Part shown: positions 55,550 to 63,961 of the stretch, one piece after another
Numbering within the stretch: position 1 is the first letter of the stretch
Layout: every line of letters starts with the position of its first letter
From: a virus
Virus record (IMG/VR): IMGVR_UViG_3300025660_000003
Location: 77,697-141,696 of that record
DNA length: 64,000 nucleotides
Direction: 5' to 3' (one strand)
The notes under the pieces: generated by a model
Seen by the model: only the letters and a program-made list of their open reading frames with translations
What the model was told of the DNA's origin: nothing
Database searches by the model: none
Made by a program: the position numbers and the translations under genes

Positions 55550-56587
55550 ATGAGCACTCGAACGGCAGCACAGACGAAGAAGGGCCTGCGGAAGAAGCTG
55601 ATCCGCCTGGCACACGACCACCCTGAGAAGCGGGCCTCCGTCTTCCCCATGCTGACGAAGCTGGGCGTGGACGTGAGCAAGCTGGCCGCTCCCAAGACCG
55701 CTGCTGCTGCGCGGGTCGCCGCCATGCTGGAGAAGCTGGCCGCCGACGAGAGCGATCCCAAGAAGGCCGCGAAGCTGCTCGCCCGGCTGGCGAAGGGCGA
55801 CAAGATGCCGCCGGAGCTGCTGGAGAAGTTCGAGAAGAAGGACGACAAGAAGGCCAGCGTCGGCAAGGTCGCCGTCAAGCCGGAGACAGAGGACTTCACG
55901 AAGTGGGTGATGTCCACGCAGTCGCCGATGTCCGCGAGCGAGGTCGAGAGCTTCGTGAGCCGGACGCTGGGCATCAAGACCAGCCCCCCGCAGAAGGGCC
56001 GGAGTGGTCCGCGCTTCCAGAAGGGCGACCAGGTCCTCGTCTGCGCCGCCAAGCACAAGGGCTCCGGCCTGGGCACCTACAAGCTGTACGACCAGAAGGT
56101 CGGCACCTGTGTCGGTGCTGAGGGCGACGACCTCATGCTGGCCATCAAGGGCGAGCCCGCCCCCATCCGGTTCGAGCAGGGCATGAAGGCCCGTGGCGTC
56201 GGCGTCTACAAGTACAGCGCGGCCTACGCCATCAAGGGCTCGGCCAAGGTCGAGATGATCTACCACGCGGGCGGCAAGCCCACGAAGGATGCGATCATCG
56301 TCGTGGACGCCTACCTCGGTCGCGGACGCGGCACCGAGAAGCGGCAGGGGACCTACTACACCGGCCACGTCGTCATGGCTTCGGTCGGCAAGAATGGCTA
56401 CTACTTCCGGGGCTACCCCCAGCAGCGGATGGACATCGACGCCAAGACCTGTGCGGGCGATGGCTTCCGCCCCCGCACGTTCAACCCGAAGGTGGGCAAG
56501 GTCTTCTACATGGGCGTGCTCGGACACCGCCCGAGGAACTGGAAGGACGACCTGGAGAAGCTCTCGGCGGCTTCAGAGGCAAGCTGA
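55550..56587 (+). CDS. Basic hypothetical protein (345 aa), possibly virion-associated
   Basis: GGAG RBS; preceded by a class-L motif and followed by a terminator hairpin. Confidence 0.65.
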   Translation: MSTRTAAQTKKGLRKKLIRLAHDHPEKRASVFPMLTKLGVDVSKLAAPKTAAAARVAAMLEKLAADESDPKKAAKLLARLAKGDKMPPELLEKFEKKDDKKASVGKVAVKPETEDFTKWVMSTQSPMSASEVESFVSRTLGIKTSPPQKGRSGPRFQKGDQVLVCAAKHKGSGLGTYKLYDQKVGTCVGAEGDDLMLAIKGEPAPIRFEQGMKARGVGVYKYSAAYAIKGSAKVEMIYHAGGKPTKDAIIVVDAYLGRGRGTEKRQGTYYTGHVVMASVGKNGYYFRGYPQQRMDIDAKTCAGDGFRPRTFNPKVGKVFYMGVLGHRPRNWKDDLEKLSAASEAS

Positions 56588-56607
56588 CCCGACCCTGACT
56601 CAGAACG

Positions 56608-56645
56608 AACGAAGCCCGCTCCTGTCGCCAGGGGCGGGCTTCGTT
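56608..56645. terminator. Hairpin between convergent units
   Basis: AACGAAGCCCGCTCCTG-TCGC-CAGGGGCGGGCTTCGTT. Confidence 0.7.
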
Positions 56646-56656
56646 GCGTGAAGGGA

Positions 56657-56767
56657 ACGCAGGGGAGGGAATCGAATCCTCCAAGGGCGGGGGCTCCCGG
56701 TGGGGTCTGGGGTGTGCTCCCCTCTCCCGGTGTCGGCCACACATCCCGCCAGCTTCCAAACCTGCGT
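56657..56767 (-). ncRNA. tRNA-like structured RNA (acceptor stem + T-arm, no canonical anticodon arm)
   Basis: ACGCAGG/CCTGCGT stem; GGAGGA-TTCGATT-CCCTCC T-arm; GGCGGG/CCCGCC helix. Confidence 0.55.
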
Positions 56768-56771
56768 CAGG

Positions 56772-57101
56772 TCAGCAGTAGATGAGTCGGTCCGCCGTGC
56801 GCTGTCGCTCTCGGTACTCGGCTCGCTCTCGGTCCTGCTGCGCGATGTCCTCTTTGATGTGCCTGCGAATCACGGCCCGGTAGGCGTGGTCACCGGCCTG
56901 ATCCACGGCATCCCGCTTCATCTTCGCCGTGTGCCAGTGCTCCCAGCCCTCTGATTCGCGTGCCGTTCGTGCTGCGTCTCGCGCTGCTCGTGCTTCGGCG
57001 TACATCGCCTCCTGCACGATTGCTGCCGCGTCACTGATCGCCTGGCACTGGGCGACGATGCGGTCCAACCACTCCTGTTCCTTTGCCGTCGCCTTGATCA
57101 T
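56772..57101 (-). CDS. Helical hypothetical protein (109 aa)
   Basis: AGGAGG RBS; MIKATAKEQEW... Confidence 0.6.
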   Translation of the reverse strand: MIKATAKEQEWLDRIVAQCQAISDAAAIVQEAMYAEARAARDAARTARESEGWEHWHTAKMKRDAVDQAGDHAYRAVIRRHIKEDIAQQDRERAEYRERQRTADRLIYC

Positions 57102-57119
57102 CGCGTCCTCCTGTTCGCC

Positions 57120-57234
57120 GTGCTGCCTTGAAGTTGAACCCGGTGAGGTTTCCCTACCTCCACCCCATCGTCCTGTTGATGTCCGGGGGCTCTGGTTTTG
57201 ACCGGCGACTCCGGGTTCAACATCAAGGCAGCAC
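57120..57234 (-). ncRNA. Intergenic structured element closed by a 24-bp inverted repeat
   Basis: GTGCTGCCTTGAAGTTGAACCCGG ... CCGGGTTCAACATCAAGGCAGCAC (1 mismatch) with internal hairpins. Confidence 0.5.
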
Positions 57235-57241
57235 AGCCGTC

Positions 57242-57451
57242 CTAGTACCCCACCGTTCGCAGGAGGGTCGTTGCGTGTTCCGCGTCGGCAGCCTCGAAGC
57301 AGGCTTCCCACGTATCCGTCTGGCTGCACTCGCCCGCCGCCATGAGCACTCGGTCCTTGGGGCCGACGTACTGGTCGAACCAGTAGAAGGTGCTCCCGCC
57401 GATGGAGAGGATGATGAGGGCGATCCAGATCCAGTCGTATCGCTTGTCCAT
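57242..57451 (-). CDS. Small membrane protein (69 aa)
   Basis: AGGAG RBS; N-terminal TM. Confidence 0.6.
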   Translation of the reverse strand: MDKRYDWIWIALIILSIGGSTFYWFDQYVGPKDRVLMAAGECSQTDTWEACFEAADAEHATTLLRTVGY

Positions 57452-57461
57452 GCCGCCGCTC

Positions 57462-57767
57462 CTAGAAGTAGGTGATGGTGATGTTGCCCGACGCCACGTT
57501 CTCCAGCGCCTCCTGGGCCAGCTCTTCCGAAGCGTACTGGAGCGGCATGTCGTCAGCCCACATCTCCGGCTCGCCCCACTCAGAGCAGTCCGGCTCCGGC
57601 TTGTGCTCATCGAGGTACTGCGGGCAGACCTCGATGTAGACCCCGTCCTTGTTGCGGGCCACTCGGCCCCACACGCCTTGCTGGTCGATCTGCACGATGT
57701 CCGTGCTCACGTCCAGCGGGTAGGGGGTGCCAAGGCCGGTGGTGGTCATCGTCGGTCGCTCTGCCAT
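57462..57767 (-). CDS. Acidic hypothetical protein (101 aa)
   Basis: First gene after the class-E motif. Confidence 0.6.
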   Translation of the reverse strand: MAERPTMTTTGLGTPYPLDVSTDIVQIDQQGVWGRVARNKDGVYIEVCPQYLDEHKPEPDCSEWGEPEMWADDMPLQYASEELAQEALENVASGNITITYF

Positions 57768-57789
57768 GTTCGGTATCCGTCCTTCACAC

Positions 57790-57858
57790 CTACTACTGAC
57801 CCCACGGCCATTCTGAGCCCCCATTTTAGGCTCAGAACACGAATCTCCTCCGTAGTAG
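57790..57858. promoter_or_regulatory. Back-to-back divergent class-E promoter pair
   Basis: Minus copy 57790-57819 and plus copy 57829-57858; shared leader TGTGAAGGACGGA. Confidence 0.85.
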
Positions 57859-57875
57859 ATGTGAAGGACGGAAGC

Positions 57876-58259
57876 ATGACCCGACGACGACAACTGGCTG
57901 GCCTGACCATCGCGGAGTACCTCGACGACGAGGCCGAGCAGGCAGCCGCCCGCACCCGCAAGGAGCAGGAGGAGGCCCGAGTAGCCGCCTGCCTGTTCAC
58001 GCTGGAGGAGATCCCCGAGGGTGGTCTGTTCCGCGTCGAGTCCGGCGACAAGTGGGAGCCCTGCACGGTGCTGATCACCAGCAGCCGCCAGAACGCCTTC
58101 GATGCCGCGAACGGGTCGATGGTCGATACGCTGCGCGAAGACCGGGTGACGATCCAGGTCTACGAGTCCAAGGGCGATGACTTCGCCCACCTCGCCTTCG
58201 TGCGGAAGCCGGGAGCCCGCCGGGCGTTCATGGACCGACACGGGAACACGGCAGCCTGA
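57876..58259 (+). CDS. Hypothetical protein (127 aa)
   Basis: Follows the class-E motif. Confidence 0.6.
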   Translation: MTRRRQLAGLTIAEYLDDEAEQAAARTRKEQEEARVAACLFTLEEIPEGGLFRVESGDKWEPCTVLITSSRQNAFDAANGSMVDTLREDRVTIQVYESKGDDFAHLAFVRKPGARRAFMDRHGNTAA

Positions 58260-58302
58260 CTGTGCGGGTAGGGTGTCCGACCCTTCATCCTGGAGCACCC
58301 GC

Positions 58303-58953
58303 ATGGCCTTCACTCCCATCTACCTCAAGCCCTTCACCTGGTTGGACACCGAGACGACCGGACTCGACGAGAACGAGAACGACATCATCGAGATCGCAGC
58401 CGTCCGGCTGAACCTGGACGGGACCGAGTCGGTGAGTGAGTCCAAGGTCAAGATGGAGCGGCCCGACAACGCCCACCCGAAGGCGCTGGAGGTCAACGGC
58501 TACACGGAGGAGGCGTGGAAGGACGCGGAGGACCCGGCGGTCTTCTGGCAGAAGGTCGCCGACAGCGGAATGCTCTCCGACTGCATCGTGGCCGGGCAGA
58601 ACGTGAAGTTCGACACGGGGTTCCTCAACGCGACGTTCAAGCGGCATGGCGTCACGGTCAAGGGCAAGCCCTACCGCGTGGACTACCACGTCTACGACAC
58701 CTGCACGCTGGCCATCGAGCACCTCTACCCGTGGCTCTCCAGCGTCTCCCTGACGCCCGTGTGCGTCGCCCTGGGCATCCCGGTGAACAACGCCCACACG
58801 GCACTGGCCGACGTGCGGCTGGCGATGGCTGTGGACAAGGAGCTGAAGCGAGCCACCAACGCACAGCAGGCAGAGTGGGCCAGGGTCATCCCGGCCCGGC
58901 TGGAGGCGTGGGTGATGGCAGACAAGCCGAAAGTCTGGCCGCCGGTCAACTGA
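58303..58953 (+). CDS. DEDDh 3'-5' exonuclease (DnaQ-like)
   Basis: LDTETTGL, IIEIA, GQNVKFD, YDT, AHTALAD. Confidence 0.85.
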   Translation: MAFTPIYLKPFTWLDTETTGLDENENDIIEIAAVRLNLDGTESVSESKVKMERPDNAHPKALEVNGYTEEAWKDAEDPAVFWQKVADSGMLSDCIVAGQNVKFDTGFLNATFKRHGVTVKGKPYRVDYHVYDTCTLAIEHLYPWLSSVSLTPVCVALGIPVNNAHTALADVRLAMAVDKELKRATNAQQAEWARVIPARLEAWVMADKPKVWPPVN

Positions 58954-59046
58954 CGTTTTTTCCGGTTACGAACGATTCTCCGGGTCGGGGGTTCACCTCT
59001 AGGTGCGTGGGGTAGAGGTTCTGACTACAGACTGGCAGGGACGACA

Positions 59047-59934
59047 GTGAAGAAAAATCCTCGCGTTCACAGAGAAATGCTCCCCGCCGACCTGGCAGCG
59101 GCTCTCCTGAACGTGCCCTTCGATGCCGAGGTTGCTTCACAGCCGGAGTTCCACCAGAGCATCGGCCAGAGGTTGACCGCCGCGAAAGCAGAGCTGGAGG
59201 CCGCCACGGTCGCGGCGAACCAGGTGCTGTCCTCGAACCCTCTGATGGAGATCATCGCGGAGCACGCAGCCCGTCTCGTGGGCCGTCGTGGGCGACCCAC
59301 GGTGGTCGTCGCCAGCTCCGGCGACGTGATGCTGGAGATTCACTACCTCGCGGCGGGTGACCCCTTGCCGCCTGCGGTGCCGTCCAAGCCCAAGAAGACG
59401 AAGATGCCGCCCATCAGCGAGATCCGCCGCGAAGCGGTCCTTCTCGGCATCGACCCGACCCCCTACGGAAAGAACAAGACCCGGCTCATCGCAGCCGTCG
59501 ATGCGGCCAAGGCGGTCGTCTCTCCTCCTGCGGCTCCGAAGCCATCAGCCCCGAAGCAGAAGCGGATGAAGACGGCCCCGGCCATCACCCCGGCGGTGCC
59601 CGTCGAGCTGGTAGGCCGCAAGGTCATCCCGCTGGATGTCGATGACGACGACGACGATCTGTCGTCCTTGTTCGCAGACGACCCCCCGAAGGCCCCCGCT
59701 CCGAAGCCACCAGCCCCGGAACCCCCCGCCCCGAAGTCGAAGTCGAAGCCGAAGCCGCTCTCGAAGCCCCGCCCGACCCCTGCGTCCCCGAAGCGGGGCA
59801 CCCCCGCCGTGAAGGCCGCCGCTCCGAAGCGGATGGGTCGGTCGCTGTCGGCCATCGCCCAGAACGCCGAGAACGAGGTGGACATCGACGCCATCCTCGC
59901 CAAGCCCGCTCCGAAGATCCCCCGCGAGGACTAG
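59047..59934 (+). CDS. Pro/Lys-rich protein with central HeH-like motif
   Basis: ISEIRREAVLLGIDPTPYGKNKTRLIAAV; PK repeats. Confidence 0.55.
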   Translation: MKKNPRVHREMLPADLAAALLNVPFDAEVASQPEFHQSIGQRLTAAKAELEAATVAANQVLSSNPLMEIIAEHAARLVGRRGRPTVVVASSGDVMLEIHYLAAGDPLPPAVPSKPKKTKMPPISEIRREAVLLGIDPTPYGKNKTRLIAAVDAAKAVVSPPAAPKPSAPKQKRMKTAPAITPAVPVELVGRKVIPLDVDDDDDDLSSLFADDPPKAPAPKPPAPEPPAPKSKSKPKPLSKPRPTPASPKRGTPAVKAAAPKRMGRSLSAIAQNAENEVDIDAILAKPAPKIPRED

Positions 59935-59939
59935 TTCTC

Positions 59940-59970
59940 CGGTGTTGAGCCTATACGCCTCGGGAGGTAG
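59940..59970 (+). promoter_or_regulatory. Class-L motif CGGT-N6-CCTAT-N11-GGTAG
   Basis: Intergenic, upstream of the membrane/lipoprotein operon. Confidence 0.6.
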
Positions 59971-59994
59971 AGCATTGCGCTCCGCATCCCAGAG

Positions 59995-60321
59995 GTGTTC
60001 GTGTCTTCATGGTGGGTCAACAACAGCGGTCTGAATCTGCTGAAGGGTGTGAACGACGACACCGACAACCCCATCCGGTTGTCGGACGACTACATCCTCT
60101 CGTTCCTCCGCATGATCCCCGCTGCACGCGCCTCCTTCGAGGCACTCGTCCCGAACATGCTCCCTGACGAGCAGGACCGCCTACGGGCGCTGGCTACGTC
60201 GGCCGAGTTTCTATCGGTGGACCTCAAGGCCAAGGAAGACCAGTTCCAGTCGGTCTTGAACAAGGCCGGAGTCCGTACCTCGGGCCGCTACGGCGGGACC
60301 CGCAGAGGAGGGAACAACTGA
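59995..60321 (+). CDS. Hypothetical protein (~108 aa)
   Basis: Coupled to the next gene. Confidence 0.55.
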   Translation: MFVSSWWVNNSGLNLLKGVNDDTDNPIRLSDDYILSFLRMIPAARASFEALVPNMLPDEQDRLRALATSAEFLSVDLKAKEDQFQSVLNKAGVRTSGRYGGTRRGGNN

Positions 60322-60716
60322 TGGGCGTGCCGAACGGTCTGACCGAGAAGTCCCCACTCCAGAGCAAGAAGTTCGTGGCGTTCCTGGTCGGCGAGATGAC
60401 CTGGAAGGTGGTCCTGCTGACCCTCCTGATCGTGGGGATCAAGGAAGCGAAGATCGACTTGTTCATCGGCAGCATCGCGCTGGCCATCGTCATCATCGCC
60501 GGAGCCATCGAGGCGCTCTACATCGGCGGACAGGCGGGGCTGGACAAGTACACCCGCATCGCCCAGATCGCGGCCAGCGCGGGCCAGAACTTCCAGATTG
60601 GCGACATCGCCAGCACCAACGGACAGCACCCGAAGCTCCCGGCAGTTCCGCCGGAGGCCGTACCCGCACCCGAAGTTCCCGTCGAGTCTGATGAAGACGA
60701 CGAGGAGGACGGGTAG
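60321..60716 (+). CDS. Two-TM membrane protein (holin-like candidate)
   Basis: SKKF motif followed by two hydrophobic helices; charged tail. Confidence 0.5.
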   Translation: MGVPNGLTEKSPLQSKKFVAFLVGEMTWKVVLLTLLIVGIKEAKIDLFIGSIALAIVIIAGAIEALYIGGQAGLDKYTRIAQIAASAGQNFQIGDIASTNGQHPKLPAVPPEAVPAPEVPVESDEDDEEDG

Positions 60717-60753
60717 TGTCTTGCCGTTCAAGCCAGATCCCTTGGAGGACACC

Positions 60754-61185
60754 GTGAAGCGTCTGATCCTGCTGTTGGTCTCCCTCGCCTTCGTGACCGC
60801 CCTGGTGGGCTGTCCGAAGCAGTACGTCGTCCGCGACTCCACGGTCTACCAGACCGAGCTGAACCAGTACGACGCCTGGGCCGTCAACCAGGCCGCTCTG
60901 CTCAAGGGCTTCATGGAGTCGGGCTGCCTCTGCGACGACGCTCAGGTCTTCGAGACCAAGGAGTGCCGTGACTCTGCTGACTACGTCCTGACCATCGGAG
61001 CACGCGCTCCGTGGCACAAGGCGATGGCGCTCTACAACGCGAGCATCACGACAGAGCGCCCGCCGGAAGTCCCGCCGGAGATCCCGCCCAGCAGCTCCCT
61101 CTGCCCGGAGCTTCCCCCGACCATGGTTCCGGTGGCGGCTCCCGTCCCCGACCTGACCCCGACGACCCCCGAAGGCGGTGAGTGA
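60754..61185 (+). CDS. Lipoprotein
   Basis: GGAGG RBS; MKRLILLLVSLAFVTALVGC lipobox; Pro-rich tail. Confidence 0.7.
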   Translation: MKRLILLLVSLAFVTALVGCPKQYVVRDSTVYQTELNQYDAWAVNQAALLKGFMESGCLCDDAQVFETKECRDSADYVLTIGARAPWHKAMALYNASITTERPPEVPPEIPPSSSLCPELPPTMVPVAAPVPDLTPTTPEGGE

Positions 61186-61568
61186 TGGACTTCAAGAGCA
61201 TTCTCGACGGTCTCGTTGACACCCTCGGCCAGGCCGGTGTCGATGCCCTCTCCGACAAGTTCGACGACCTGGCCGGTGACGCCGACCAGCCGTGGAAGGC
61301 GACGGCTCTCGCCCTGCTCGGTGATGCCGTGGACGCACACGGGATGGAGGGGATCGACATGGCTCGCAAGGCCATCGACTCCCTCATCAACAACGAGGTG
61401 CCGGACATCGACTTCGCCAGCCCCCGTACCGCTTCCGACTTCGTAGCGAAGCTCCAGAACGCCGAGGCCGACGACAAGATCGCGGCTCGTGACTTCGCCG
61501 TGAAGGTCGGTGACACGTTCGGTCAGGTCTTCGCGGGGCTCATCAAGGGCCTCATCGCCAACGCCTGA
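61185..61568 (+). CDS. Helical hypothetical protein (127 aa)
   Basis: Coupled start. Confidence 0.6.
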   Translation: MDFKSILDGLVDTLGQAGVDALSDKFDDLAGDADQPWKATALALLGDAVDAHGMEGIDMARKAIDSLINNEVPDIDFASPRTASDFVAKLQNAEADDKIAARDFAVKVGDTFGQVFAGLIKGLIANA

Positions 61569-61581
61569 ACAGGAGAACACC

Positions 61582-62280
61582 ATGTCGTACAAGCCCCCCG
61601 CCTCTCGTATGCGCCAGATCAAGGCAAACGCCCCCGCGCCCATCCCCAATCCCAAACATGCCGTGAACGTCATGCAGGCCATCGAGCAGGCCGCCATCGC
61701 GCAGGCTGAAGCAGTCGAGGCTGAAGTTCCCGTCGAGGTGGCCGAAGAAATCCACGTCCCCGTGGGGATCGTGGAGGTCGTCATCAAGCCGGGTGATGAC
61801 GGGCTGTTCGGCACCGAAGACGACGACGTGAGCATCGGTGCTCGCGACGGCAAGCACGACGGCAAGCACACGGGCCGGGAGCACGGCAAGGACCACGACC
61901 ACGAGGACCACGGCGAGCCCGAAGTGGACGACGACGAGCCCCTGGTGGCCGAAGCGCCCTCCGTCGAGGACACGCTCGACGTGGAGCCCGTGGACGAGCC
62001 CGAAGTCGAGGACGAGCCGGAGGCCAAGGCAGATGTCGAAGCCGAGCCGGAGGTCGAAGAGGACGTGTCGGACGACACCGACGCGGACGAGCCCGCCCCG
62101 TTCGATGACGACTCCGACGATGAGGGTGTGGCTGCCGACGAGGTGTCGGAGAAGCCCACCTACGACATGGGCATGACCAAGAAGACCCTGCTCGCTGTCG
62201 CCGATGCCCACGATGTCGAGATCGTCGGCAGCAAGTCGAAGCGGAGCATCATCGCCGCCCTCGACGCGCACTTCGCCTAG
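61582..62280 (+). CDS. Highly acidic protein with C-terminal HeH/LEM-like motif
   Basis: AGGAG RBS; D/E-rich; MTKKTLLAVADAHDVEIVGSKSKRSIIAAL. Confidence 0.6.
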   Translation: MSYKPPASRMRQIKANAPAPIPNPKHAVNVMQAIEQAAIAQAEAVEAEVPVEVAEEIHVPVGIVEVVIKPGDDGLFGTEDDDVSIGARDGKHDGKHTGREHGKDHDHEDHGEPEVDDDEPLVAEAPSVEDTLDVEPVDEPEVEDEPEAKADVEAEPEVEEDVSDDTDADEPAPFDDDSDDEGVAADEVSEKPTYDMGMTKKTLLAVADAHDVEIVGSKSKRSIIAALDAHFA

Positions 62281-62294
62281 CCCTCTGGAGACCC

Positions 62295-62780
62295 GTGCCC
62301 CACTCCCGGATGCGGGTTCTCAAGTACATCCCCGAGAAGCTGTACGGCTTCTTGCGGGATGACTCTGGCTTCGAGGTCTTTTTCCACCTGGCCACCTTCC
62401 AGTCCGGCAGCGATGTCGAGATTGCTCGATGCGAGGGCTGCCCCGGCTCCCCTCGCTGCGGCATCACGGGGGACCCGCCCCCGCCGATTCTTGGCGAGCT
62501 GGTGGATGTCGAGTACCCGGCGGGTGAGCCTGGCGGGAAGGCCCCACGGGCTGACCGGGTGGAACGGGTGACCGCTCCGGTGATGCTTGTCGGAGAAGTT
62601 GAGTCGTTCGACACGCAACGTCGGTACGGTTTCATCATGGGAAGCGACCGCGTGAGCTATCACCTCCACGAGAGCGAGGTCGTCGATGGACGGCTCCCGA
62701 TCTCTGGCAAGCGGGTCATCTTCTTCCCTGGCCTGCGGGAAGGCCGTCCCCGCGCATGTCACGTCCAGGTGTGTCGATGA
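62295..62780 (+). CDS. Tandem cold-shock-domain protein with Cys insert
   Basis: KLYGFL..EVFFH and RRYGFI..YHLH RNP-like motifs; CEGC..C between them. Confidence 0.7.
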   Translation: MPHSRMRVLKYIPEKLYGFLRDDSGFEVFFHLATFQSGSDVEIARCEGCPGSPRCGITGDPPPPILGELVDVEYPAGEPGGKAPRADRVERVTAPVMLVGEVESFDTQRRYGFIMGSDRVSYHLHESEVVDGRLPISGKRVIFFPGLREGRPRACHVQVCR

Positions 62781-63430
62781 GTGATGACAAGAAGATCGGC
62801 AAGCACGGTGGGGTCAACGTCTTCGGCGGCAAGAATCGCCGAGGGCTGTACGTCCCCATGTCGGAAGACGAGCAGGAGGTCATCCACCGGCTCGTAGAGG
62901 CCGAGGACATCCAGCTCATCATCCACGGGTGGGGCACGCTGGACAGGCCCCGGTTCCTTGTGGGCGACCACCGGATCGGCGTCCAGTTCAAGCTGACGTT
63001 CAACCGGCCCGCCGCCCCCATGCCGCTGTACTTCCTGGACCTGGAGCTGATCACCCGGACGGGCATCAGCCTGGTCAAGGAACGGCTCCCGACCATCCTC
63101 AACGGCCAGCCGGTGAACGTCTGTGCTGGCGTGTTCCTGGACCTTCAGTGGGACATCGCCATGCACAGCATGGACCCCCGCCTGGTGAAGCTGCTCAAGC
63201 CCGGAACCCTGGGGCTCACTTCCCGTCGTCAGGACAAGGACACGGGCGAGATGACGGCACGGGGCAACATGAAGCTCGATGCCAAGCAGCGGAAGGCCCT
63301 CCAGGAACTGGAGACGGCTCAGGCTGCGAACCGGGCCGAGGATGTGCGGAGGATCGTCAAGGTGACGAAGGACGCAGGCTACGAGGTCAAGAAGACCGAC
63401 AAGGGGTTCGAGGCTCCCGACCTGGACTAG
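62777..63430 (+). CDS. Hypothetical protein (217 aa)
   Basis: ATGA overlap. Confidence 0.6.
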   Translation: MSDDKKIGKHGGVNVFGGKNRRGLYVPMSEDEQEVIHRLVEAEDIQLIIHGWGTLDRPRFLVGDHRIGVQFKLTFNRPAAPMPLYFLDLELITRTGISLVKERLPTILNGQPVNVCAGVFLDLQWDIAMHSMDPRLVKLLKPGTLGLTSRRQDKDTGEMTARGNMKLDAKQRKALQELETAQAANRAEDVRRIVKVTKDAGYEVKKTDKGFEAPDLD

Positions 63431-63687
63431 GTCCGTACCCGAACCCACCGGCAGCAGTCGTCGTACTTGATGAGCCCCGCTCGCTTGAGGATGTCCCGAG
63501 CCCGCTGGGCTCTACGACCGTTGCCGGTGTCCTTGACGGAGACCGCCAGCCCCTCATGGATGCGGTGGTAGCCCGTCACAACCTGTTCGCCGGTCAGGGG
63601 CTCCCCGTCCACGGTCCATGTCTTGTGCCAGAGCCGCACCAGGAGGGCGTTGAACTCCTTGCCGGACATGGCCGTCACATCAGGCAT
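63427..63687 (-). CDS. Hypothetical protein (86 aa)
   Basis: Overlaps the upstream stop. Confidence 0.5.
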   Translation of the reverse strand: MPDVTAMSGKEFNALLVRLWHKTWTVDGEPLTGEQVVTGYHRIHEGLAVSVKDTGNGRRAQRARDILKRAGLIKYDDCCRWVRVRT

Positions 63688-63940
63688 GAGCGTCCATCCA
63701 GCCGTCGATGGACCAGCCGTTCGCGGTGTAGCCACGGTTCAAGGCGAAGACGTGTCCCGCCTCGGCTCGTGCCTGCATCCAGTCGGTGTAGGCCGCGTCG
63801 AACTCGACGTTGATGGGGGTGCTGTTGTTGGCGGTGCTGGTCCGCCGGGCGGAACCGAAGGGGAGCTTGGCGTTGGCCATGAGAGCGGCATACGCCTTGT
63901 CGAGACGTGCCTTCGTGGTGTTCACTCTGAGCGTGGCCAT
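63680..63940 (-). CDS. Hypothetical protein (86 aa)
   Basis: GGACGGAG RBS after the class-E motif. Confidence 0.6.
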   Translation of the reverse strand: MATLRVNTTKARLDKAYAALMANAKLPFGSARRTSTANNSTPINVEFDAAYTDWMQARAEAGHVFALNRGYTANGWSIDGWMDAHA

Positions 63941-63961
63941 CTTGTACTCCGTCCTTCACAT

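Noticed and set aside
56657-56767. Canonical tRNA
   Set aside because: No D-stem, no 7-nt anticodon loop on a 5-bp stem, and no CCA. Reported as tRNA-like instead.
57144-57210. Hammerhead ribozyme (GAAAC present)
   Set aside because: No CTGANGA core on either strand.
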